The notes: generated by a model from the sequence alone, not told the origin. A DNA stretch of 64,000 nt from Batkoa obscura (GCA_030770535.1 JASVEC010000003.1:806001-870000), one strand, 5' to 3'; positions 1-13,440 are shown, numbered from the stretch's first letter. Program-made: numbers and translations.

Positions 1-324
1 TTCAACTATTAATTTTTTATATTCTTCCATAATCAATGCTTCATTATTTTGCATAATTTCATTTTCAATCGATAATTCTTGATAATTCTATTATTAATAT
101 TAAAAATTTAATTTAAAAACTCGATTAATAAATTGAAATTCAATTATAAAATTTACTTTTTGTAATTTTTCCAAACATTGTTGAAATTTTAATTGAAGAT
201 TATTAATAGCTATTTCATGTTGATGAACCATAATAACACGAGCATCTTTACGATAAGTAGCTGTATGAATAGATAATTTATCCTAATTAAAAAACAAATA
301 AATTAAATTATAATTTAAATTATA

Positions 325-356
<32 letters not shown>

Positions 357-1214
357 AACATTTAAATAATTTATTAATTACCTCCATTTCCTTTCGACTA
401 TTTTTACCCAATTTAAAATAATCTTGAATAATTTTAACTTCTTTATTTTCAATTTCCTCTTCCTTAATTTTCACTTCTTCTTTTAACTTATCAATTTTTT
501 CCTTTAATGATTCCATTTCATTAATTATTAATTGATATTCTTGATTATTACAATTTTTCATTAAGATTGCATTTAAAGATTCTTTTTCATTTTCATTAAA
601 TTTATAATGATTATATTGTGGAATAATTGGCTGTAAATCATCAATAAAACATAATTTAGTTTGATTAATAAATTCATTAGCTTTAAATTTAATACTCTGA
701 TCTTTGTAACTTTGAATTAATTTAATGTTTTCTTTACTTATTAAATTATTATTATTATTATTATTATTATTAGTTGATATTGATTTAATACTTAATTTAT
801 GTAATTTTAATTTTGTTGGCGATATAATTTCTTTTTCAATTATATTAATAGCACTTGAAGGTTCAATTATCTTATTATTATAATTATTTGATATGATTGA
901 TGAACTATTTTGTTCTTCATTATTATTTGTAGTTAATAAACTATTTGATAAATTAATATTAACTTCTTGTTGATTTTCATTTGATTGGTTTTGATTGATT
1001 TCAACATTTTCTTTAATTAAATAATCTTCTTTATTTTCAGTTAATGATGATAATGTTACTTTATTCATCTTCTCTCCTATTTCCTCATTTAAAGAATTTT
1101 CATTTATTATACTCTCCTTCTTATCTTGTTGTATTTCATTATTGTTGTTACTATTTCCAAATCCAAATCCAAATCCAAATCCAAATCCAAAAGATGTATT
1201 TTTAAAACCAAAAC

Positions 1215-1254
<40 letters not shown>

Positions 1255-2535
1255 GTTATTAAAACTACCCCAACTTAATGTATTTTTATTTATTATTTGA
1301 TTCTCTCTTTTATGTTTATTAGCAATGTCAAATCTAAAGTTTGTATTTATGTTTGCTTTTTTATTAGGATAATCATTATTTTCTTGTATTAAAATAGTTC
1401 TTTTTGATAAATTAATTTCATTATTCTCTGTTGATATTTTATTCATATTTTTAATTTCAATGTTACTTCTTTTATTATTCTCTTGTTTATTTTCCAGTTC
1501 TTCAATATTAACATCTTCATTTAAATCCATAATAACAGGGAATTGATCTTCTTCTAAATTTTCATTATCTCTACTTTTAATAGGTTCAATAATATCATTC
1601 TCATTAAATAATTGAATTTCTTTTTCATTTTCTATTTCTTCTTGTAATAAAATTGGACTTTCTAAAGCATCAAAGCTATTTAAAATAGGCGAAGATTGAT
1701 AAGTAGTATAAGAATCAATGTTACTATCACTATCGCTATTTAAATCATTATTTTTATCTTCAATTTTCTTTTTTTCAGGTGTTAATTGTTGATTCGATTG
1801 TTGATTTAATAAATTATTCTTATTTAATAATAAATTATTAGGATGAAGTTTCATTTTTTTTATTAATTCTAATATTGGTTTTGGAAATTCATTATTAATA
1901 TTAATATTAATATTAACACTATTATTATTATTGTTATTATTATTATTGAATTCAATGAAGTTTATATCATCATTTTCATTAATTGAGTTATTATCTTCAT
2001 AAGCAGTTGTTTTGATTAAATTATCTTTCAATTCAATTAAATCATTCTCTTTATCATTTAAATTTATTACGTTTTCTTTACTTATATCGGAATCCGAATC
2101 TTCATCAAATATATTATCAACATTATTTACCTCTAATGACTTAACAACTTGTTTAATTACTTTACTGTTTTCATTAATAATTAAATTTTCTTTTTCATTC
2201 AACCAATTTTTTTGTTTGTTTTGAATTACTTTATCTTTATTTTTTAAATTTAAATTAATAATATTTTTTTTAATAATTGAATTTTTGATTGATTTATTTT
2301 TGTTTCTTAAATTTCTTAATGTATTTTGAATATCTTCTTCTTCATTAAACTCATCTAATTTCTGAACTTGTAAATTGAAATTAATGTCTTTATTATCATT
2401 ATTATTATTATTATTATTATTTCTACGTTGACTTTTTAATATTAATTCATCATAATTTGATTCTTCTAATGTAGAACTAGGGTTACTAATGATACTAATA
2501 TCACTAATATCTAATGAATTTGTAACATTATTTTG

Positions 2536-2580
<45 letters not shown>

Positions 2581-3838
2581 TAACTCATTTGATTGATATA
2601 AATTATTATTAATTATTGTTGATTTTGAAGTGGATAATGTTGGATCAATTGGAGTTAAATGATTAATATTAATATTATTAATTTCATCTTCTTCTTCATG
2701 ATAAATTTTATTTTTCTTATTTAATCTTAATCCCTTTTCTTCTTTTTCTTCTTTTTCTTCTTCTTTATGATTTAGTTTTTGTTTATTTAATTTCTCTTCT
2801 TTTATTAAATTAATTTGATTATTTTCTTCAATTAATTCATCAATTGTTTTCCTAGGCATTCCATTTTTTTGAAAAAGAATTGGCGGTGATTGATAATTAT
2901 AATCTCTAAATGAACCATCAATAAAATCAGATTTAATTTGATTAGTTTCAAAATCAAATCCATGAATTGATTTTTGAGATTCATAATTATATTTAATTGA
3001 GAGGTTACTTGATAATTCAGATTGATTATTTAATAATCTTTCTTTTATTTGAATATTCCCGTTTTCATTGGATGTTTCTATTTGTCTTGTATCTTTTATA
3101 ATATAAGTTGATTTTAATTGCTTATTTTCATTCTCTTTATTTAATAAGAGTAATTCAGATGATGATGATTGAGTAGTCAATTCCTTTACTTTTTCTTCAT
3201 TCGATTTAGTTGCAAATTTATTAAAACTTAATTTGCGTCGATTTAAAGTACGATTTAAATATTGAGATATTGATTCTTTTTGATCTCCTTCAAATTTAGT
3301 ATCTGTAACATAATCTGATATATCATTATTATTTAAACTAAAATGATAAGCATTAATTTCTTCTTTAAATTAATATTAATATAATAATATTAACTAAGGC
3401 TTACTTTTTAATAGCTTTCAAAACTTTATTTTTTAATGGTTCACTTTGTCTTGAATTTGAATTATTACTTTCAATAGTTTGTTGTTGATTAATAGTTCTA
3501 ATGAATTATTAGTTTTTAATAAAATAAGTTTAATAATAAATTAATAATTGATTTACCTCACTAACGCTTTATCATTAAAACTAACTCTTCTTTTTTCCGT
3601 CTTTTTTCTAATAATATAATATGAATTTAATTTGATTTAATTTATTTGAATAAGGCGAACTTTTCATACCTTTCAGTTTTAAAATCTGTTTGTATTTTTT
3701 TTAGACTACTTTTACGTGGACGTTGTTTCTGAATAATAACATTAAAATCATACTTTATAAAATTTATTGTTATTGTTAACTTACATTGGATTCCGATAAC
3801 TTCTTTGAATTTTCTTCTTGACTGTTTCCATCTTCCAT
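1..3838 (-). CDS. spc7: Kinetochore scaffold Spc7/Spc105/KNL1-like protein, multi-exon, 3' end runs off the window
   Basis: Manual splicing from ATG 3838 through four short GT-AG introns gives MEDG...RPRKSSLKK...KRRVSFNDKALVR...RRKLSF, then the large Asn-rich exon. The SILK-like plus RVSF pair is the KNL1 PP1-binding signature. C-terminal 'ANEFINQTKLCFIDDL', a coiled coil and 'RKEMEDKLSIHTATYRKDAR' resemble the Spc7 domain. ORF 283..3180 is only the large exon plus intron read-through. Confidence 0.72.
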
Positions 3839-4114
3839 TTTTTAATTAATTGATTAACTGAAACTTAAAAAAATTTGAAATTTTATTCTAACTACTTCAA
3901 TTTCTACCAATTTGATCCTGTATTGAAGTTCCTCCCTTAAAAATTACCTCATCTTTTTTGAAAATATGTTGATTTCATTGGTGTTAACTGGAATCAATTG
4001 GATATTCATTAACTTCCCATAATTTCTTTAATCTCCATGCATCATTGTTAAGAATTGATATCAATTTATCAAGTTTGAATTTCATTCAATAAATTAAATA
4101 AAAATCGATAATAA

Positions 4115-4574
4115 ATGGGTCAAGTTAGTCGAAGTATAGGAGTACTTAGTGGTATTGTATTCAGTACTGGGTTTATATATGCATTTCGTAAAAATATTGA
4201 ACGTGACATTCATAGTCAAACTGAAAGACTAAAGGATGTGGATTATTTATTAAATACTTCGTTTTTACCCGAAGCTAAAAGGGCTGAAGTAGAGGTAAGT
4301 GTTTTTTTGATCATAATTAAATTGAATCTTAATAAAATCATAAAATAAAAAGTAATATATTAATAAGTTGTTTAATTTCTAGGATCAACGTCCAGTTTAC
4401 AGAGAAGTTTTAGCTAAACCATATGTATTGGAATTAGTCGAAGAAGCTAAATTACATGCTCAAAAAGAGTTAATACCAGAAATTAAAAGTCAATGGAATA
4501 ATAAATTATATCAGCTTGCTTCAGCTTTGAACAATATTGAAATTGATGTTAAAAATTGGTCCTTTAAATGGTAG
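4115..4574 (+). CDS. Small single-TM protein resembling MICOS subunit Mic12/Aim5 (intron 4295-4382)
   Basis: N-terminal Gly-rich TM (GVLSGIVFSTGFIYAF). Exon 2 is in frame after gtaagt...tag and encodes 'EIKSQWNNKL', like the Mic12 K-x-x-W-N motif. Stop TAG 4572-4574. Confidence 0.55.
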
Positions 4575-4978
4575 TCGAAGAGGGTATGAAGTTGTTAAAT
4601 TTTTAATTAAAATGAAAGTTTAGGTTTAAATTTTATATGATTAAGTTTTTTTTTAAGAATTTGAAGTTATCGTTTGATGTTTTTAGTATTTTGTTAATTT
4701 GTTTTTAATGGATTTATTATTTCATATAACAAAGAGTTATAGATAACTAATTTATGTTTATTACTATTATTCAAAGTATATTTATATCATTTATTATAAT
4801 ACAAAGTATTATTGCTATATAAAATAGAGCTAAAACCTCTAAACAATCCAAAATTCTAATAAAAAATAAACCAATCAATTTAACTTTTTTTCAACTCTAA
4901 ATCATTCATTGGTTTAACCTCCAACCCGAAACATTTATTAAAGCCAAGAATTTTTTTAAAAGCTTGTTTACCTTAACT

Positions 4979-6226
4979 ATGGATCAAATTGAAACTCAAT
5001 TAAATAAATTGGAAGAAGCCAAGTAAGTAGAATCAAAAGAATAATAGAATTTATACTAAAAGATATTTATTTATAGAAAAAGTGTGCAAGTGGAAAAAGC
5101 CATTCCCTTGAATTATGATTTAGGGTTGTTATGTGCTACAGATATTAATACCATGGATAACACTAAGTTTAAGTAAGATAAAACATTAAAATCAATACTC
5201 TTCGCTTCTAACATCTTTTTTTTTTTCAAAACAGAAAACTAGATGATAACCTTAATGATTATTTAAAAAAATACTGCCGTGATGGTATTCAATTATTATT
5301 AAATCAAGTATTTTCCCTCCCTGTAGTAGCTAGTGAAGATGGTTATATGGTTACATTACCAAAACCAAACACTTCATTACCACGTGAAAAACCAGTAAGT
5401 TTTTTTTTTTCTCCCTTTTTCATTTTCTAACTTGAATTTTAGATTCCAAAACCTAAACCATTAACACGATGGGAGAAGTTTGCTAAGGCCAAAAACATTA
5501 CAAATAAAAAGCGAGAACGTATGGTTTATGATGAAGAAAGTGGGGAATATAGACCACGGTATGGATATAAGGGTATTAATCAAGTAGCTAAAGATTGGTT
5601 AATGGAAGTACCGGATGGCGAAGATCCAAATGTTGATTTATATGCTAAAGAAAGAGAAGATAAAAAATCAAGAGTTGAAAAGAATTTAAAGAGACAAATG
5701 AGAAATGTAAGAGAAACTAGTGGAGAAAATAAAGAAAAGGAAGCTCCTAAAGAGATAGCTGCTAAATTAAGACAGGAAAGAACAATTAGAAAAGGTACCC
5801 TTGAAAGAGATGCTGTATTGGCTAAAGTTTCTACAGCTTCTATGGGTAAATTTGATAAAAAAATTGAGGGTGAAGCTAAAGCTAAGGGAGTTAGAAGAAA
5901 GGTAAATAGACACTTGTTTTATTTTTGAAATAATGTATTTATATATATATTTCATTAGTTTGAACCTACCATTGGTAAAGATTTAAAGCTTGAAAAGGAT
6001 AGTAGTTTAAAGATCTTAAATAAATTAACGAACGGTAGTGCAGCTAAAGAGCAAAAGAAAAAAGAAGTGGTTAATGTTAGAAAGGTAAACAACTATTGAT
6101 TATAAAATGCTTTTGTAGATAATTAATTGTTTTTTAATTTTTTAGGCTATTAAAGTCACTGGTGCTAAAGCCAAAGAGGATCCTAAATCTAAAGGGAAAG
6201 GTGCTAAAGGTAAAGGTAGAAAATAG
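4979..6226 (+). CDS. RRS1: Ribosome biogenesis regulatory protein Rrs1, 6 exons
   Basis: Spliced product has YDLGLLCATD, CRDGIQLLLNQVFSLP, LPKPNTSLPREKP-IPKPKPLTRWEKFAKAK, MVYDEESGEYRPRYGYKG and STASMGKFD, all Rrs1 hallmarks. Confidence 0.95.
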
Positions 6227-6859
6227 ATCGAAGTAAAGAAAAATAGATAGAAATTGTGAGGTTGAAGAATGTTTTATAGAGTCTATTTTTTTATAATAAA
6301 ACTGGAGTTGTAATGAATTGTTTGTTTTTATTATTGTTATTATCATGAATTAGTCTTGGAAGTTGAGTTTTATAGTTTAAATGGAAAACCAGAATGATTT
6401 ATGGTGCTCTTGATAAACTAACTATTGTTTAATTGAATGACAATTTTTTGAAGTTGAATTTCTTTTTTTTCAATATTATTATTTCTATTTATATAATACT
6501 ACTCTTTTTATAAAGTAAATGTCTTATTAAATCTTTAATATTTTTTTTATAAAAAAGCAGGATATATTGAAAAAAAATCCATTTTTATTTAAATAATCAA
6601 AAGTCTTATATAAAAGGGTAAGTTATAATAAAATATAATTAGTACTTTTATTTTTTATAGTTTAAAAAAAATTAATAAGAATACTATACTAGTTTATTTA
6701 TTTATATTTATATACAACAAAATTGATTGAATTGTAATTAATTGTTAAAAATTATAAAAAAATTGACATTCCTACTTATTATCTATAATAGCATATAGAG
6801 AGATACTGTTGTGTTTAAATAAGAATACTTAAAAAAGTGTTTTTGTGTATCAAAATGCT

Positions 6860-7792
6860 TTCCATTTATCAATTTATATATCAATGGATCAGGTGGCATC
6901 GAAATTTCTAAAGTATTAGACTTTGTTATTAGTACTGTTCAAGGAATTATAGAAAAGTATCTTGATGATGAAGATTATTTAAAAAAGCCAAAAAATACTA
7001 TAAAGCGACTCTCAACAGATGCTCAACAAAAAATTATTAAATTAAAAGTCATACAAAGAAGACTAAGGTAAGAAATGGATATAGATGGAAGTTTACTAGG
7101 AATAAAATCTTGTATGAAAATTTTTAATTTTAATTTTAAACATATCAATTTACAGTTTCATAATAATGGTTTGACTGCTTTAGAGACAAGAGCGTTTTAT
7201 GCTAATTACTCTATTAACAATATATTAAAATTTATCGACTCTAAGGTTCTATTTATAAATGATGCTACATTTGGTATTATAATGCATACAAATAAAAGTA
7301 TTACCGAGAAGTAAAAAGATAGATTCACTTACTAAAGGACTTCATAAAAAAATTGTATCAATGGGTTATGTTATGAGTATCAATGGATTAGTTGAGGACC
7401 AAATTCAAATACTTATTTTTGATATTGAATTGTCTTGTAAATTCATTAAATCCGTTGTTACCAAATCAGAAAAAATAAACATATCGGAGGCAATAATTAT
7501 CATAGATGACGAGTATGTTTATAGAGATATAAAGGTCAAAGAACTTTTTGAATCCAATGGACACACTTTATTTCGTTTATTACTGAATTCTATATTTTTA
7601 AATCATATTGAAGCCATGTATGGCAAGTAGATGCAATTGATTAGAGCAAAAAATCCACAAAATGAGGATGAGTTATTTAAAATTGTTGGTAATGTTTTAT
7701 TACAAATAACTGATAGTGACTATAAGTATTTTTGTGAACATATCCTTAGTTATTTGCCAAGGTGTATAGGAAAAGGAGAGATACTCAATTAA
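6860..7792 (+). pseudogene. Decayed Tc1/IS630-like transposase-derived gene, copy 1
   Basis: Fragments (YINGSG, LFINDATF, IIDDEYVY, FLNHIE, LPRC) are collinear with 8125..9129 but broken by stops and frameshifts. The 5' boundary is approximate. Confidence 0.85.
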
Positions 7793-8124
7793 CAGAATCA
7801 AATTAAGCTTTACGGTTTTTAGTTTTTAGTTTTTTATGTATACTACGTCACTCATTCCCAGATGAGTAAAACGCCTGACAGAAATTTATTAATAATATAA
7901 GCAACAATAGCTAAAAGGCGTCAAACACGAAGTTAAATACTAAATTGTAATCGAAATGACTCTTCATTTCAACCTATTGCTCATTTTATCTAATATCTTA
8001 AATTCATGTTGAAAGCTAAAATAATTGGGATTTTTGATAATCGTTTAAGATTTTTATTGGTTCAATTGAAAAAAGTAAAAATTACATTGTGCTTTTTTTA
8101 ATTTAAGATTATTTAAAATTTGCA

Positions 8125-9129
8125 ATGAAATATAAAAATATCACTAACGAAGTCCGAGAAAAAATTGTTAACTCATACATTAATGGATCTAATGCAACTA
8201 ATATTGCCAAAGCAATGGGTTATACCAGAACTACTGTTTTTGGTATCATACAAAAGTATACAACTGGTAATGATTTTAAAAAGAAAGCAAGAAACGTAGT
8301 TCAACAAACATTTATATCGGATGCTCAACGAAAAATTATGCAATCGTGGATTAATGAAGACTGTGCTATTAAATTGAAAACAATAAAAACAAGGTTAAAG
8401 GATGAAATGGGGATAGACGCAACATTGCCATGTTTAGAATCCTATATGAAAGCATTTAATTTCTCTTTTAAACGTCTTAATCTACCTCCTCAAAATAATG
8501 ACCTGAGTACTTTGGAAGCTCGTGCTCTTTATGTTAGTAATTTTATAAATAATATAGTAAAGTATATGGACTCAAAGGTTCTATTTATAAATGAAGCAAC
8601 ATTTAGTATTTCAATGTCAACAAATAAAAATTTACTACCTGCAAAAAAGAGAGCTGGTTTTATTGGCAAAGGATTTCGTAAAGCGATTGCATCAATGTGT
8701 TCTGCTATGAATATAAATGGACTAATTGAACATCAAACCCAAATGATGATTTTTGATACCGAATCGTTCTATAAATTTATTGAGTCAGTTGTTACTAAAT
8801 TAGAGGAAACAAACATATCAGAAGCGATAATTATTATGGATAATGCATGCATTGAAAAATATCCAAGGGTCAAACAACTTATTGAGTCAAAAGGACATAG
8901 TTTGATTTGTTTACCGCCCGCGTCTGCATTTTTAAATCCTAATGAAGTTATGTATACCAAATGGAAAGAGTTGATCAGAGCGAGAGATCCACAAGATGGG
9001 AGTGAATTAATTAAAGTTATTAATAAAGTTTTATCACAAATAGCTGATAATGACTGTAAGGATTTCTACGAACACATGCTTAGTTATTTCCCAAGGTGTA
9101 TGAAAAAAGAAGAGATACTTGATCAATAA
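8125..9129 (+). CDS. Intact Tc1/IS630-family (D34E) transposase-like protein, first catalytic Asp replaced by Asn; copy 2
   Basis: N-terminal HTH-like region, then LFINEATF (canonical F-x-DE-x-x-F), MDNAC, 34 residues to E in LNPNE, and the C-terminal YFPRC tail typical of DDE_3 transposases. Confidence 0.9.
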   Translation: MKYKNITNEVREKIVNSYINGSNATNIAKAMGYTRTTVFGIIQKYTTGNDFKKKARNVVQQTFISDAQRKIMQSWINEDCAIKLKTIKTRLKDEMGIDATLPCLESYMKAFNFSFKRLNLPPQNNDLSTLEARALYVSNFINNIVKYMDSKVLFINEATFSISMSTNKNLLPAKKRAGFIGKGFRKAIASMCSAMNINGLIEHQTQMMIFDTESFYKFIESVVTKLEETNISEAIIIMDNACIEKYPRVKQLIESKGHSLICLPPASAFLNPNEVMYTKWKELIRARDPQDGSELIKVINKVLSQIADNDCKDFYEHMLSYFPRCMKKEEILDQ

Positions 9130-9451
9130 ATTCGTTAAGCTTTTACATTATTTTACTTATTTTTCCAATACAAAATTTGATGTATACCTATTTCACTCAC
9201 CCTTCTGTAATTAAAGGGCCCCATAGTAATTTGTGAGTATGATGAACATATACAACTACAAAGTATTCCGAGATGAAATTAGACTCCTAAATTAATAGTG
9301 AAAGTCACTTTTTTATTTCAATATATTGATTATTTTATAATGAGCTTAAATTTAAAAAGTTCGAATTATAAAATTATTAGATAAATTACTCAAGTACAAC
9401 CAAATTTACTAAAGTCCAAAAATCAAAACTATTCTTTATTTATAGTTTTAA

Positions 9452-10586
9452 ATGTCATCTCCAACTTGAAAGAAATATGCTTATATAAGTAGTGAAGAAA
9501 GAGAAAGAATTGTCAACTCGTATATCAATGGTAACAGTGCAAAATGAATTACTAAAGTGATGGGTTATGAAGGAACTACTGTTTATGATATAATAAAAAA
9601 GTATACCAATGGGAAAGATTATTTAAAAAAATCATGGACAACAAATGATAAAATTAAAAATATACCGGATTCTAATGAAAAAACTATCTAATCTTGGTTT
9701 GATGAAGACTGTATCATATTGTTAAAAACAATAAAGCAGGGGCTCATGGATGAAATGGGTATAAACGCAAGTATATCAACTATAGCAAACCATGTAAAAG
9801 AGTTTCACTACTCTTTCAAGCGTATTAATCCAATTACTCAAATAAATGATTTAGTTACTTTGAAAACCCGAGCCTATTATGCTAATTCATGTATTAATCA
9901 AACACAAAGGTTTGATGAATCTGAGGTATCCTTTATGAACAAAGCGACATTTTCGATTACAATGCGTAAAAGGCTCTAAAAAAAGGAAATTGAAACAAAA
10001 AATGCTCGCCTATTGGTCCTGGGTTTAGTATAAAAAACGTACCACTATGCTGTGCGATGATTAAAAATGGAACAATTAAATACAAGACTCAAGTAAATAC
10101 ATTTGATATTGAATTCTTTTATCACTTTATTGAATCGATTATTATTCAATTTACTCAAATAAACATATGAGGATGTATTTTTATGTTTAAGAATTTTACT
10201 AACAATTTTTCCACTCAAATAGCGCTTAAAAGATGGAAAAAGTAATGAAGCCAAAAAAAACACCCCCATATCAGGAATTGGAATAATTAGAATAATGATT
10301 ATATCGATAGAGACCCAAATACCAGATGACTTATTGGAGCAAATGGACACAGGTTAATCTGCTTACCACCCGCCACTGTGTTCCTAAGTCCTATTGAGTT
10401 TATGTACTCTAGATGGATACATCTTATAAGATAAAAAGATCCAAATAATGAAAGGGGGTTGTTTGATATGTTTGATATGTTTGATAGCATTGTATCAGAA
10501 ATAACTAGTAATAATTGTCTTTTTTTTTACAATTTTATGCTATATTTTTTACCTAGGTGCATGAGAAAAGGGCCGATATTTAATAA
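9452..10586 (+). pseudogene. Transposase-derived copy 3: stops, frameshifts and a MITE insertion
   Basis: ATG TCA TCT CCA ACT TGA at the start; FMNKATF and LPPATVFLSPIE remnants; MITE at 10169-10267. Confidence 0.88.
10169..10267 (+). mobile_element. ~98 bp MITE (family A), inside transposase copy 3
   Basis: TIRs GAGGATGTATTTT / AAAAACACCCCC; ATAT duplicated; empty site aaacATATcag in copy 2. Confidence 0.92.
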
Positions 10587-10926
10587 ATTTTATACTAGGG
10601 TTTTATATTGCTATTTTTTCGATTTTATTTCACCTTATAAACTTTTATCTATTCCTACGTCACTCACTCTTCGGTAAGTTGAATACCTTACAACAATTTG
10701 AAAATAAAGCAAACAACTCTATAGCTATAAAATATTATAATACAAAACTAAATACTGAATTTACAGTGAAAATAACTCTTTTTTATTATAACAATAATTA
10801 TTTTTTATCAAGTTTAAATTTAACAAAAATTTTGAACTGTAAAATAATTTTTAATGTTAGACAACAAAAATTACTTAAATTGATTAAAGTAAAAAAAATA
10901 GCTTTGCTCTTTTTTCTTAATTTTGA

Positions 10927-11973
10927 ATGTCGTCGCCAACTAGAAAGAAATACAACTGTACCAATAATGCTGATAGAGAAAGGATTGTAAAATCGTACAT
11001 CAATGGGAATAATCCACCCGACATTGCCAGAGTAATGGGCTACAATAAAAGGACTGTTATGGATATTATAAAAAAGTATACTGAAGGGAAAGATTTTTAT
11101 AAACAACCACGAACAGGAAGACCTAAAAATAAAGTTATATCAGAGTCTCATTTAAGAATTATCCAATCTTGGGTTGATGAAGACTGTAAAATTGCATTAA
11201 AAACAATAAAAGAGAAACTCATGAATGAAATGGGAATAAGTGCTGGCAAGTCAACTATATCGAAGCATATGAAAGGATTCAACTTCTCTTTCAAACGTAT
11301 TGATCCAATTACTCAAAATAATGATATAGTTATCCAAGATAATAACTTAGCAATTTTGGAAACGCGAGCCTATTATGCCAATTTCTTTATGAATCAAATG
11401 CAAAGGTTTGATGATTCTAAATTCTTCTTCATAAATGGAGCAACCTTTTCCATTATGATGCGTTCAAAGTTTAAACAAGAAGAAATCAAAAACAAAAAGT
11501 TCACTTCCCTTGGTCCTGGATTCAGTCTGAAAGATACATCAATGTATTGTGCTATAAGTAGAAATGGTATAGTTAAATACCAGAATCAAGTAAGCTTTTT
11601 TGATACTGAATCATTTTATCGTTTCATTGAATTGACCATCGCTCAACTTGCTCATAAAAACATAACAGATGCTATGATATTTGTGGATAATGACTATGTT
11701 GACAAAGATCCAAATATTAGAGGGCTCATTGGATCAAACGGACATAGATTAATTTGTTTGCCACCAAATTCCTCGTTCTTAAATCCTATTGAGTCTATAT
11801 ATACCAAGTGGATACAACTGATAAGAGCAAAAGATCCACAAAATGAGAAGGAGTTATTTGAAGTTATGGATAGTGTTTTGATGGAGATAACCAGTAATGA
11901 TTGTAATTCTTTTTACAATACTATGCTACATTTTTTACCCAGGTGTATCAGAAAAGAAACAATAACTAGTTAA
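10927..11973 (+). CDS. Intact Tc1/IS630-family (D34E) transposase-like protein, first catalytic Asp replaced by Asn; copy 4
   Basis: HTH, GRP linker (PRTGRPK), FFINGATF, VDNDY, 34 residues to E in LNPIE, FLPRC tail. Confidence 0.9.
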   Translation: MSSPTRKKYNCTNNADRERIVKSYINGNNPPDIARVMGYNKRTVMDIIKKYTEGKDFYKQPRTGRPKNKVISESHLRIIQSWVDEDCKIALKTIKEKLMNEMGISAGKSTISKHMKGFNFSFKRIDPITQNNDIVIQDNNLAILETRAYYANFFMNQMQRFDDSKFFFINGATFSIMMRSKFKQEEIKNKKFTSLGPGFSLKDTSMYCAISRNGIVKYQNQVSFFDTESFYRFIELTIAQLAHKNITDAMIFVDNDYVDKDPNIRGLIGSNGHRLICLPPNSSFLNPIESIYTKWIQLIRAKDPQNEKELFEVMDSVLMEITSNDCNSFYNTMLHFLPRCIRKETITS

Positions 11974-12291
11974 TAACAAATACAGTTTCATTTCTAATAT
12001 TGATATTTATTTAGTTTATAAGTCTTGGTATATACTTGAGTCATATTAATCCTTTATTAAACGAAAGTTACTTTGTGGTTTATCTAAAAAGCAGTAACTA
12101 GAACTATAGAGTAATGTAATATAAATCTTACGCACCAAATCAATGATGCAAACTGCTCTTTTCCTTCCAGTATCTTTCTATTTAAATTAAACAGATATTT
12201 AAATCTAAATCAAGACTCAAATGACAAAAAACTAAAATTCACTAAATTATCCAAAAAATAATTTTATTCTCTTTCACTTTTAAAAGTTCAA

Positions 12292-13440
12292 ATGTCATCT
12301 CCAATTGAAAACAAACTGGTTATTATCAGCAATGACGATAGAGAAAGGATTGTTAAATCCTATATTAGAAGAAACACTGTAAAAGAGATTGTTAAATTAA
12401 TAAGATACAATGAGAAAGCTGTTCGTAGAGTTATTCAAAGATATAACGGAGGAAAAAATTATCTTAAAAGATCAGCGCCAGGAAGGCCTAAAAATAAACT
12501 TGTATCGGTTTCCCAATAAAAAACAATTCAATCTTGGCTTGATGAAGACTGTACTATTTCATTAAATACAATAAAGAAAAAACTCATGAATGAAATGGGG
12601 ATAAATTCAAGCAAGACAACTGTAAAAATGTATGTAAAAGGGTTTCACTACTCTTCCAAGCGTATTGATCCAGCTACTCAAAATAGTGAGTCAACTCTTC
12701 AAAAGAATGATTCGGGTACCTTGGGAACGCAAGGATATTGTACTAATTTCTTTATGAATCAAATGCAAAGGTTCGATGGATCTAAGTCTTTTTTGTGAAC
12801 GAAGAACGTTTTCCCTTGGAGCACGTATAAAGTATAAACAAAAAGGAATCATTCACCAAAAATTACCGTCCCTTCCCCCTAGATTCGAAACAAGAAATAT
12901 ATCACTGTGCTGCGCGATCAATAAATATGGTATAGTCAAATTTAAGACACAAATAGATTCTTTTGACATTGAGTCATTTTATCAATTCATTGAATCGATA
13001 ATGATGTAACTTGTTCAAAAAAATATATCAGATGCAATATTTGTAATAGATAACGAATGAGTTGATAGAGATCCAAATATAAGAGGGCTCATAAGATCAA
13101 ATGGACACATGTTGATTTGTTTACCACCTAGTTCTTCGTTTTTAAATCCTATTGATTCTATATATGAGGATGTATTTTTTTGTTTAAGAATTTTACTAAC
13201 AATTTTTCCGCTCAAATAACGCTTAAAAAATGGAAAAAGTAATGAAAACAAAAAAACATCTCCATATACCAAATGGATAGAGCTAGTTCGTGCAAAAGAT
13301 CCACAAAATGAAAAGGAACTTTCTCAAGTTATGGATGGTGTTTTTTTTAGAGATTTCATAATCTCTGATTGTAGCAACTTCCATAAGAACATGCTTAGCT
13401 TTCTACTAAGGTGTATAAAAAAGAAGTGATATTTGATTAG
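12292..13440 (+). pseudogene. Transposase-derived copy 5: stops, frameshifts and a MITE insertion
   Basis: Collinear with copy 4 (PGRPKNK, FVNE, LPPSSSFLNPID); stop at 12517-12519; MITE at 13166-13263. Confidence 0.88.
13166..13263 (+). mobile_element. MITE family A, inside transposase copy 5
   Basis: ATAT TSD; removing the element restores tct ata tat acc as in copy 4. Confidence 0.92.

Noticed and set aside
8125..11973. Active Tc1 transposons mobilising the family-A MITE
   Set aside because: Catalytic Asp missing, no TIRs seen, and MITE flanks include non-TA sites (ATTT, ACAT).
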